From Candidatus Saccharimonadia bacterium (GTDB lineage: Bacteria > Patescibacteriota > Saccharimonadia > Saccharimonadales > JALRHH01), in contig JALRHH010000001.1 of the NCBI GenBank assembly GCA_023253175.1, positions 364,020-428,019 of the forward strand: a stretch of 64,000 nucleotides of DNA. The letters run 5' to 3'. Shown piece by piece: positions 45,177 through 53,252 of this stretch (position 1 is its first letter; each line of letters starts with the position of its first letter). The notes beneath the pieces are model-generated. The model was not told where the DNA came from. It saw only the letters and a list, made by a program, of their open reading frames with translations, and ran no database searches. The position numbers and the translations under genes are program-made.

Positions 45177-45259
45177 CTTCCTGTGGATAAAGTGATTGAC
45201 AGGGGAGGCGGCTTGGCGGATAGTTAGGGTAATTAATGATCTGCGCTTAAAGGTGCCGT

Positions 45260-46225
45260 ATGAAAAGTAAACAAAAACTTCAACGTAAAAAATTTTCACC
45301 CCTTAACATACGACGAAAAGGACTGTTTGCACTTTTACTTATTTCAATATTTGCAGGCATTGGGTCTTACCAAGTATGGAACTCAAGAGCAGCAACCGTT
45401 TACCGCTCTGAGGCGCTTTCGGCCGCCACCAGCGAAGGGTGCATGTTAGTTGGACGCAAATGGGTCAATGGCAACTGTAGTACTACGTGCATTCAAACAG
45501 GCGATAAGTTCATTGCAGGCACTAACTACGTTGTTGGTGGTGAAAAACTCGGATCAGGCTTCTGTCCCGGAGCAGTACAGCAAACCGTGACCAGAGACCA
45601 GTGTACCGGCATAGGAAGGCGCTGGGTATACAGCACTGGATGTGCCCGACAACTAAATCAGACGACCAACAAATTAAACTCGGTACACTGTATCGACTCA
45701 ACCGCAACCTACACGGTACCGTCGAACTCCTGTGTATGTCCAACAGGAACAGAGCGTGACGCCGGAAACGGAAAATGCGTACCCCCAGGAACCGCAAGCG
45801 TTGTATATACCGGCACTGATACAATCGTTCCGTCAGATGGTACCGTCAGTCTTTACAGTAGTACATTTGATCAAGCCGTACACAGCCGTTTGAATGTCTT
45901 TAGATCAAATGCAAATCTCAAACTTTTAAAGGAAAATGCCTGTCTAGCGAAATACGCCCGTGCCAGTGCAAAACGCATGGCGGAAAATAACAGCATGACT
46001 CATGCTACAAATCTACGAAACGCCATCAGTGAATGTGGAGCTAACAAGATAGGTGAAAATATTGCTGCCGGATTTACTGATCCAATACGGCTATGCGCAG
46101 CCTGGTATAACTCCGAAACGCACCGCCGAAACATGCTTGAGCCTTCATACGACTTACTCGCGGTAGCATCATACAAGAGCAGCACAGGACGCGTATACAC
46201 CGCAAGCTGGTATATGGCGAACTAA
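45260..46225 (+). CDS. Secreted Cys-rich protein with a C-terminal CAP (SCP/PR-1-like) domain
   Basis: TM/signal segment, a Cys-rich middle, then a CAP-like end (...MTHATNL...GENIAAG...WYNSETHRRNML...). Confidence 0.75.
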   Translation: MKSKQKLQRKKFSPLNIRRKGLFALLLISIFAGIGSYQVWNSRAATVYRSEALSAATSEGCMLVGRKWVNGNCSTTCIQTGDKFIAGTNYVVGGEKLGSGFCPGAVQQTVTRDQCTGIGRRWVYSTGCARQLNQTTNKLNSVHCIDSTATYTVPSNSCVCPTGTERDAGNGKCVPPGTASVVYTGTDTIVPSDGTVSLYSSTFDQAVHSRLNVFRSNANLKLLKENACLAKYARASAKRMAENNSMTHATNLRNAISECGANKIGENIAAGFTDPIRLCAAWYNSETHRRNMLEPSYDLLAVASYKSSTGRVYTASWYMAN

Positions 46226-46227
46226 AG

Positions 46228-46340
46228 TCCTCAGAGTATGAAGACTGCCAGTGGCTAACAGCAAGGTCATCTTCTCCTGAAAACTTGTTTTCATGGATGA
46301 AATGACGGGCTCGCCGAAGGTGAGTGGGCACTTCTCAGAC
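46228..46340 (+). repeat. Structured repeat, copy C1
   Basis: TCCTCAGAGTATGAAGACTGCC-AGT-GGCTAACAGCAAGG, a hairpin tipped by TGAAAACTTGTTTTCA (46278-46293), then GCTCGCC-GAA-GGTGAGT. Confidence 0.7.
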
Positions 46341-46352
46341 CAACTAAAAAGA

Positions 46353-46460
46353 GCCCTCAGAGGGTGAAAAATCCCTGTGAGATTTTGCAAGGAAATCTAC
46401 TCTTCAAAACTTGTTTTGAAAGATGTAGTTTTGAGGCCACAGAATGGGGCTGAGGCGCCG
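46353..46460 (+). repeat. Structured repeat, copy C2 (tandem to C1)
   Basis: GCCCTCAGAGGGTGAAAAATCCC-TGT-GAGATTTTGCAAGG, a hairpin tipped by TCAAAACTTGTTTTGA (46404-46419, compensatory G/C swap), then GCCACA-GAA-TGGGGC. Confidence 0.7.
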
Positions 46461-46473
46461 CTTTTACGAAGAC

Positions 46474-46863
46474 AAAAAAAGAGCCGTCAGAGGGGGTGGG
46501 CACCGCTGACAGCTCATTTCATGGCTCGAAACGTGTTCGAGCCGGGGAATCACCCTTCAACCCACCCGAGCGAAACATCATCGCCTAACGTCTAGTGGCG
46601 TGTGTCTGCAGAAGCAATCATTTAGACTCGCTTTGATCGGGAGCCGGGGGCGTTACCTCGTAACGTCCGGGGATCTGTTAAAGGGGTTAGTATGTTTTAG
46701 AACGTCTTGCAAACAAGTCACAAGAGCAAAGAGTAAGTGGAGGGTAACAACTTCTAATTGGCGCGCTCTAAAACACTCTAACGTTCATCTCCTAACAAGT
46801 AGGGGACGAATGCTATAAATGGGGGTTTAAAAGGTGCGAAAGCGTCATTACGAACGCTTACAG
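46474..46863 (-). ncRNA. Candidate ~390-nt non-coding transcript bounded by a promoter and a terminator; family unknown
   Basis: Near-consensus promoter at 46870-46898. Terminator GAGCTGTCAG...CTGACGGCTC followed by T7 at 46474-46515. No ORF longer than 20 codons. Contains hairpins such as 46644-46672. Confidence 0.5.
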
Positions 46864-46869
46864 GTTGTA

Positions 46870-46898
46870 ATATTAGCAAATTTGTTTCCTAATGTCAA
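46870..46898 (-). promoter_or_regulatory. Sigma-70-type promoter
   Basis: On the minus strand: TTGACA (46893-46898), 17 nt, then TAATAT (46870-46875). Confidence 0.6.
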
Positions 46899-46962
46899 TA
46901 CTTAAACACTATTTTGTGTTTTTAGCGAAAATGTAACTGTACTATATTTTACCACTAGCGTA

Positions 46963-47910
46963 ATGAATATTCATCTGTTAATATTTATGGTTATTGCACT
47001 TTTGCCAGGGGTCTATACAATGAGATTACATACGAAGAGCAAAGCCCCTCAAATGAAAATTTCACGTATTTCAGCAGATCACACCCTATACCCCAAGCGG
47101 CTGCATACCATTACAGACTACCCAAAACAGCTCTATATAGCGGGCGAATTAGATATAGAGAGCCGTCTAACACTTGCGGTAGTAGGCAGCCGCAAAGTAA
47201 CACCCTACGGAAGGCATGTCACTGAACTTCTGGTCCGTGAGGCTGCCAAGCAGGGCATTGTCATTGTCAGCGGCCTTGCACTCGGTGTAGATGCCATCGC
47301 CCACCAAGCAGCACTGGCAGAGCGGGGCACGACCATAGCGGTGCTTCCGTGTGGCCTTGATACCATGTACCCAACAAGTCACCACCACCTGGCAAAGCAA
47401 ATCCTAGACCAAGGTGGGGCACTCGTCAGTGAGTACTCAGAAGGCACCAAACCTTTTAAACTAAATTTCATCGCGCGTAACCGCATTGTTGCTGGATTAG
47501 CCGATGCCGTGCTTATAACAGAGGCGGCGGGCAAAAGTGGCACACTCCATACCGCAAACTTTGCCCTAGAGCAGGGCAGGACGGTCATGGCCGTGCCAGG
47601 AAACATCACAAGTGAGCAGTCGCGGGGCACAAATAACCTTATTAAAATGGGAGCCGTGCCTGTTACTGATATTACAGATATACTGGCCGCCATGGGCCTT
47701 GAAAACCGTGGGGCAATAGAGCGACTCTTGCTTGGTGATACAGAAGAGGAGACCCGCATACTAAAACTCCTGAGTAGCGGCATATCTGACGCAAGTGAAT
47801 TGCTTCATAAAAGCGAGCTTGATCCTTCACTATTCAATCAGTCGCTAACCATGCTTGAAATTAATGGCAAGGTTCGTCCTTTGGGCGCGGGGCATTGGGG
47901 CATCGCATGA
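46963..47910 (+). CDS. dprA: DNA-processing protein DprA (Smf)
   Basis: LAVVGSRKVTPYGRHVT...IVSGLALGVDAIAHQAAL...GTTIAVLPCGLD. The true start may be an internal ATG (47020 or 47053). Confidence 0.9.
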   Translation: MNIHLLIFMVIALLPGVYTMRLHTKSKAPQMKISRISADHTLYPKRLHTITDYPKQLYIAGELDIESRLTLAVVGSRKVTPYGRHVTELLVREAAKQGIVIVSGLALGVDAIAHQAALAERGTTIAVLPCGLDTMYPTSHHHLAKQILDQGGALVSEYSEGTKPFKLNFIARNRIVAGLADAVLITEAAGKSGTLHTANFALEQGRTVMAVPGNITSEQSRGTNNLIKMGAVPVTDITDILAAMGLENRGAIERLLLGDTEEETRILKLLSSGISDASELLHKSELDPSLFNQSLTMLEINGKVRPLGAGHWGIA

Positions 47911-48113
47911 AATGGCTCTTTAACCTATTATTCCCGACCAGCGCCCGTGACCGCAAGATGTGTAAGGATAAGGTTCGTTTCGCTAATGAACCGGCCGCCA
48001 ACGAGGCAATTAGACGTATCAACCCCACTCGGCGTAAAGACAAGCCGAATAGGGCATACAAATGTCCCAAATGCCGCGGCTATCATCTGACGCGCAGCCC
48101 AAAGCAGCAATAA
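47907..48113 (+). CDS. Small basic protein with a C-terminal CPKCxGxH zinc-ribbon-like motif
   Basis: ATGA overlap with the dprA stop. The motif is ...AYKCPKCRGYHLT. Confidence 0.5.
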   Translation: MKWLFNLLFPTSARDRKMCKDKVRFANEPAANEAIRRINPTRRKDKPNRAYKCPKCRGYHLTRSPKQQ

Positions 48114-48255
48114 TCATACATAATAGTATGTGAACATTTTCATTGCTTATTTTTGCATTTTACAATATAATATTATGGTTTTGTCGAGTTTTGAGAGTTC
48201 TAAATTCTCCTCAACATTACGATCATTGACAAGCAGATACAGGAAGAGGTGATTG

Positions 48256-48528
48256 ATGTCTCCAGCACGTGCTAGACTGTCCGTCGAAAACTGCCACGTG
48301 ACTCCGCTCAAAGCAGCAGAGCTCGGCCAGTATCTCGGCGCACGATTGTCGTGGCACATCGAAGTGGTGATCCATTTCCACTCGAACGAGAGCCTAACGC
48401 TCACGTTTGTTCCACCATGGGAGTACTGGCAGCGACCGGCAATGTTCAAAGAACTTGTCGCGAGAGTCAGTGGCTTCACTACCGGCACCGTAATCGAACA
48501 AGGTACCGAAGACACCGTTCTCCGGTAA
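48256..48528 (+). CDS. Hypothetical protein (high-GC islet)
   Basis: AGGAAGAGG RBS 7 nt upstream of the ATG. 90 aa. The antisense ORFs here are compositional artefacts. Confidence 0.45.
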   Translation: MSPARARLSVENCHVTPLKAAELGQYLGARLSWHIEVVIHFHSNESLTLTFVPPWEYWQRPAMFKELVARVSGFTTGTVIEQGTEDTVLR

Positions 48529-48540
48529 TGAAAGGAAACA

Positions 48541-48702
48541 ATGTCTGTCCAGCAAGGTCGGGGATACGGATACACGTCAGATGAGATGCTGAGCTGCATG
48601 CGAAGCGCGAGAGGCCTCGGCGTCCCGTTCGCACCCCGACGACTCGGCCCCATCGGCATCGTCCTCCAGGGCAGCAAGAAGCTCCTGGGAGTTCTCTTCT
48701 GA
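48541..48702 (+). CDS. Hypothetical small protein (53 aa), second gene of the islet
   Basis: My own translation gives MSVQQGRGYGYTSDEMLSCMRSARGLGVPFAPRRLGPIGIVLQGSKKLLGVLF. AAAGGAAA lies upstream. A 12-bp hairpin follows at 48720-48765. The ORF is below the track size cut-off. Confidence 0.3.
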   Translation: MSVQQGRGYGYTSDEMLSCMRSARGLGVPFAPRRLGPIGIVLQGSKKLLGVLF

Positions 48703-48872
48703 GGGGTGCACTCGGAACTCGCTGTGGGCGATCAAGGCATACGCTGCTCTTGGTCGCCCACAGCGCCCGCCCCCTACGCCCAAAAACCCGTATCTGCTTG
48801 TCATCAACCCAATGAATTACCTTTAAAGTAGTCCTACAATATGTAGGGCTTTTTATATGCCATACTATGTAT

Positions 48873-49046
48873 ATGAGCCAAAAAACAATTATCTACATAT
48901 TTATCGCTATCTTTGGTACGGCAGGCAGCTGGCTCGGCAGTCTCCTCGACAAAGGCAATATGTTTGGTGTCTGGGGCATTATTGGCGGCACCATTGGCGG
49001 ACTGTTCGGCATCTGGGCGGCCGTAAAGGCCACCAGCGGCGAGTAA
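48873..49046 (+). CDS. Small two-helix membrane protein (57 aa)
   Basis: My own translation gives MSQKTIIYIFIAIFGTAGSWLGSLLDKGNMFGVWGIIGGTIGGLFGIWAAVKATSGE. The overlapping track ORF 48857..49123 is in another frame and looks non-protein-like. Confidence 0.5.
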   Translation: MSQKTIIYIFIAIFGTAGSWLGSLLDKGNMFGVWGIIGGTIGGLFGIWAAVKATSGE

Positions 49047-49128
49047 GCGACTTATTTGCATTCGCCATCCATGTGCGTTACGCTAGAGCGGTTTTGATCA
49101 AACAATACATGAGGTATACTTAAGCGTA

Positions 49129-51423
49129 ATGACAAAAAATTTGGTTATCGTAGAGTCTCCGGCAAAGGCCAAGACAATTGAGAAATTCCTCGGCAAGGAC
49201 TTCACCGTCAAGAGTAGCTTCGGCCACATCCGTGATCTTCCCAAGAAAGGGCTCAACATTGATATCCAAAACGATTTTGCTCCAACCTATGATATTAGCC
49301 TTGATAAGAAGAAGGTTGTTTCAGAATTAAAATCAGCTGCCAAGGGCGCCGAAGTCTGGCTCGCATCCGATGAAGACCGCGAAGGAGAGGCGATCGCATG
49401 GCACCTCAGCGAAGCACTTGGGCTCGATGCATCTAAAACAAAGCGTATCGTATTCCACGAAATCACCAAGACTGCGATCGAAAATGCCGTTAAGAACCCC
49501 CGCACAATCGACAAGAACCTTGTTGACGCGCAGCAGGCACGCCGCATCCTGGACCGCCTTGTGGGGTACGAACTCAGTCCAGTACTCTGGAAGAAAGTCC
49601 GTCCAGGCCTCAGTGCTGGACGCGTGCAGTCTGTTGCTGTTCGCCTGATCGTTGAACGCGAACGTGAAATCCGTGAGTACACCGCAGAAACCAAATACAA
49701 AGTATCGGCTGTATTTAATGTAGAATCCGCTGATCTACCGGCAGAACTCAGTACAAGATTCGAAAGCAAGGACGACACTAAACAGTTCCTTGAAGCAAAC
49801 ATTGGCGCAAGCTACAGCGTCCAATCAGTCGAAACCAGCCCAGGAACCCGCAATCCGAGCGCACCGTTTACGACCAGTACACTCCAGCAAGAAGCATCTC
49901 GTCGCCTCGGCTACGGCGTAAAGCAAACCATGACCTTGGCACAGCGCCTCTACGAAGCAGGACATATTACCTACATGCGTACCGACAGTACGACGCTGTC
50001 TGGCTTCGCGATCAAGGCCGCTGAAGATCACATTACCCGTGAATACGGTAAGGAATACCACAAGCTCCGCCAATTCAAGACCAAGAATGAATCCGCCCAG
50101 GAAGCCCACGAGGCCATCAGGCCAACTGATTTTGGCAAACTGTCAGCAGGAGCAGATGCCCAGCAAAAGAAGCTCTATGAGCTCATCTGGCGCCGCAGCA
50201 TCGCCAGCCAGATGGCACCTGCATCAATTGACAAGACCGAGATCAAGATAGCTATCAGCAGCCGCAAGGAATACTTCAGCGCCAAAGGTGAAGTCCTTAA
50301 GTTTGATGGCTTCCTAAAGGTATACGGTGGTGGCAAGGACGATGTTATCTTGCCAGCATTATCAGAAGGACAGAACCTTGAGCGCAGCAGCCTGAGCGCC
50401 ACACAGGTCTTTAGCCGTGCGCCAGCCCGTTATTCAGAGGCGAGCCTCGTTAAGGCACTCGAAGAAAACGGCATTGGCCGTCCAAGTACTTATGCACCTA
50501 CAATTAGTACTATCCAAGCCCGCGAATACGTTATTAAGGCAGACGTAGAGGGCAGGGAGCGCCAGGTAGAAACACTTACACTTGAAAATGATACCGTTAG
50601 CGAAGAAACCAAGACGGAAATTACCGGTGCTGACCGCAATAAACTTTTGCCAACGGCCCTGGCAGATGTCACGACCGACTTCCTCGTAAAGCACTTCCCG
50701 TCAGTCGTTGACTACGACTTTACCGCTCGCGTTGAAGGCAACTTTGACCATGTCGCCGAAGGCAAGGAGACATGGGTCCAGATGATCAAGGACTTCTACA
50801 AGGATTTCCACCCACTAGTCGAAAGCTCGGCAGATATCAGTAGAGAAGAGAGCACTCAGACTCGTGTGCTCGGCAGCGATCCAAAGAGCGGCAAGCCCAT
50901 CATGGCCCGCTACGGCCGTTATGGCCCAATGCTGCAGCGCGGGGAAACAGAAAGTGAAGAAAAGCCAGACTTTGCACCTATGCCAGAGGGCGTACTTCTC
51001 GAGGAAGTCACTCTGGAGCAGGCACTTGAAATGTTCAAGCTACCACGCCTTGTCGGTGTCACCGAGGACGGCAAGGACATCAAGGCCAACATCGGCCGCT
51101 TTGGTCCATATATTCAGGTAGAGAAGCTGTATGTATCCATTAAGCCGCATGATCCAATGAAGATCACCGAGGAAGAGGCACGTGAGCTCTACGCCAAGAA
51201 ACTCGAAGCAGAGGCCAACAAGTACATTCAAATCTTTGAAAAGAGCGGTATTAAGGTCGTAAATGGTCCGTACGGTCCATATATTACCGATGGCAAGAAG
51301 AACGCCCGCATTCCAAAATCAGTTGACCCAGCCAAGATTACAGAAGCAGAAGCTAAAGAGTTAGTAGACAAAGCCCCAGCCAAGAAAAAGCGCGTCATCC
51401 GCCGCACCAAAAAAGCTTCATAG
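49129..51423 (+). CDS. topA: DNA topoisomerase I
   Basis: TOPRIM LVIVESPAKAKTIEKFLG, DEDREGEAIAWH, and the active-site region YITYMRTDS. Lys-rich C-terminal end. Confidence 0.97.
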   Translation: MTKNLVIVESPAKAKTIEKFLGKDFTVKSSFGHIRDLPKKGLNIDIQNDFAPTYDISLDKKKVVSELKSAAKGAEVWLASDEDREGEAIAWHLSEALGLDASKTKRIVFHEITKTAIENAVKNPRTIDKNLVDAQQARRILDRLVGYELSPVLWKKVRPGLSAGRVQSVAVRLIVEREREIREYTAETKYKVSAVFNVESADLPAELSTRFESKDDTKQFLEANIGASYSVQSVETSPGTRNPSAPFTTSTLQQEASRRLGYGVKQTMTLAQRLYEAGHITYMRTDSTTLSGFAIKAAEDHITREYGKEYHKLRQFKTKNESAQEAHEAIRPTDFGKLSAGADAQQKKLYELIWRRSIASQMAPASIDKTEIKIAISSRKEYFSAKGEVLKFDGFLKVYGGGKDDVILPALSEGQNLERSSLSATQVFSRAPARYSEASLVKALEENGIGRPSTYAPTISTIQAREYVIKADVEGRERQVETLTLENDTVSEETKTEITGADRNKLLPTALADVTTDFLVKHFPSVVDYDFTARVEGNFDHVAEGKETWVQMIKDFYKDFHPLVESSADISREESTQTRVLGSDPKSGKPIMARYGRYGPMLQRGETESEEKPDFAPMPEGVLLEEVTLEQALEMFKLPRLVGVTEDGKDIKANIGRFGPYIQVEKLYVSIKPHDPMKITEEEARELYAKKLEAEANKYIQIFEKSGIKVVNGPYGPYITDGKKNARIPKSVDPAKITEAEAKELVDKAPAKKKRVIRRTKKAS

Positions 51424-51536
51424 CTCTATTACCAAGCATCTTGGCACTCCTATACATCGTTAGCACTTATTTTATTTTTCCATAATTATGTTATAATATA
51501 GATATTCACCACCCAAGTGAAGATCCTTCTACCGGA

Positions 51537-51830
51537 TTGGAGAGCACTATGCTCATCAACAACCCCATCATGTTCACCATGTTCATTCTTGCGCTGGTAA
51601 TTTTGTCAAGTGCTTGGCTCAACCTAGCGTACAACACCCTCAAAAGTCCAGACAAAGTCAGTGCACGTTGCACCCTGGCCATAGGGGCATCTTGCTTCAT
51701 TCTGGCTGGTGTCTGGCCGTCGGGAGACTCCGGGCAGAACCCGTGGATCATCAGCCTGTTCTTGGCAGCGGGGGTGATGCACACTTACATCGGCCTGGCT
51801 CACTACCAGAGGTTGAGGGAAACGCCGTAG
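51537..51830 (+). CDS. Small membrane protein (3 helices), GC-rich 3' half
   Basis: 97-aa ORF with hydrophobic helices. The overlapping alternative-frame ORFs were rejected. Confidence 0.5.
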   Translation: MESTMLINNPIMFTMFILALVILSSAWLNLAYNTLKSPDKVSARCTLAIGASCFILAGVWPSGDSGQNPWIISLFLAAGVMHTYIGLAHYQRLRETP

Positions 51831-51964
51831 AAGCATCAAGCCCTTGGAGATTGATTCCGAGGCAGCCAACAAAAACGGGGAAGGTTGGCTCTAGTATCAC
51901 TTGTTGATACAGCCCCGAAGAGGAGATTTGAAGGTTTACCATTTTGGTAAAACTCATCTTTCTC

Positions 51965-52022
51965 TTGTCGCTATACGAATATGATAGTCGTACTGATGAG
52001 CCGTGAACGGCGAAAGCGATAA
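51965..52022 (+). ncRNA. Hammerhead self-cleaving ribozyme, type III topology
   Basis: TTGTCGCTA|TACGA-ATATGATAG-TCGTA-CTGATGA-GCCG-TGAA-CGGC-GAAA-GCGATAA. All invariant core positions and all three stems are present. Predicted cleavage is after A51973. Confidence 0.85.
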
Positions 52023-52209
52023 AACAGGGGTGTTTTTCCACAATTTTGACAGATTACAAACTCGTTTTGTTGTAATATTTCTATAGAATTATCAAGCAGG
52101 GAAGTCTATTTAGTGATACAATAGGCTTATATACATAAATTATTGACTTTAGAGATAGTTTGTTATAGAATAATACTAAATCTCTTGCATTAACAGATAA
52201 GGATAACTG

Positions 52210-53250
52210 ATGACCGACACGGCTACGAAACTGCCTGTAGAGCAAATTGTGAATGACATCTTGGGCACCATTGATCGCGAACGAGAACGCGAGATTGTTT
52301 CACGTCGCTATGGTTTGTTTGACCGCAAGGAAACTCTGGAGCAGATTGGTGAGCTCCTTGGGATTACCCGTGAGCGTGTTCGTCAGCTCGAAAAAGCAGT
52401 TGTCCAAAAGCTGAAGGCACAAGGGGAGAGCGGTGAGCTTCCTCATATTGCCGAAGTCCAGACTGCGCTCGTTGCCGCCATCAACGACATGGGCAAGGTA
52501 GTTCGTGTCAAGAACCTCTCAGAAGTCTTTACAGAAGAAAACAGCAAGCTCGACCAAGCACGCATTGCATTCCTTGCACAGCTTTGCCCAGAGCTAACTG
52601 TTATTGACGACAATGACCACTTTCACAACGCAGTTGCCGTAACTGTTCACCATGATGAAAAGAAGGTGAAAGACCTCGTAACGGGTCTTATTGATACCAT
52701 CAAAGAGCACGGTGAACCAGCTGAAATCAGCACATTTGCCAAGAAGGCAGGACACGACGACCACAAGCACACCGAATCACTTGCATCTGTCAGTAAACAT
52801 CTTGCAACACTGAACGACCGCTGGGGTCTTATCAAGTGGCCTATGGTCAATCCAAAGAACATCCGTGACAAGATCTACGTTATCTTAAAAGAACACGGCA
52901 AGCACATGCACTTCAACGAAATCGCGGAAGCCATCAAGGGCAGTGACTTCAAGCGCAAAGACGTAACCACACAGGCAATTCACAACGAACTTATCAAGGA
53001 CAAGCGCTTCGTGCTCATCGGCCGTGGTATTTACGCGCTCAAGGAATGGGGTTACAGCAAGGGAACCGTTGCTGATATCATCGCTGATGTCCTTAAGGAC
53101 GCAGGCGAACCCCTACACCGCGATGAAATCGTTAAGCGCGTGCTAGAGAGCCGCTACGTCAAGGAAACAACCATTCTTCTGAATCTCCAGGGCAAGCCAC
53201 AGTTTAAGCGCGTTGCCAAAGCTACCTACACCCTCGCTGACGCGGAGTAG
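52210..53250 (+). CDS. Sigma-70 region-4-like HTH protein with a C-terminal HARE-HTH-like domain
   Basis: The N-terminal part RRYGL...TLEQIGELLGITRERVRQLEKAVVQKLK is a region 4.2-type HTH. The C-terminal part MHFNEIAEAI...IHNELIKDKRFVLIGRGIYALKEWGY is HARE-HTH-like. Confidence 0.7.
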   Translation: MTDTATKLPVEQIVNDILGTIDREREREIVSRRYGLFDRKETLEQIGELLGITRERVRQLEKAVVQKLKAQGESGELPHIAEVQTALVAAINDMGKVVRVKNLSEVFTEENSKLDQARIAFLAQLCPELTVIDDNDHFHNAVAVTVHHDEKKVKDLVTGLIDTIKEHGEPAEISTFAKKAGHDDHKHTESLASVSKHLATLNDRWGLIKWPMVNPKNIRDKIYVILKEHGKHMHFNEIAEAIKGSDFKRKDVTTQAIHNELIKDKRFVLIGRGIYALKEWGYSKGTVADIIADVLKDAGEPLHRDEIVKRVLESRYVKETTILLNLQGKPQFKRVAKATYTLADAE

Positions 53251-53252
53251 AC

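Noticed and set aside
46215-46460. RNase P-like P4 pairing (AAAGTCCTCA at 46224 with ACAGAATGGGGCT at 46438) and a tmRNA-like GGGGCTGA at 46445
   Set aside because: The 5' helices P1-P3 would have to lie inside the CAP-domain gene and show no complementarity to the 3' end. No T-arm or CAGCCCC-ACCA partner exists for a tmRNA. The motifs fall within the repeat copies C1 and C2, so I treat them as coincidence.
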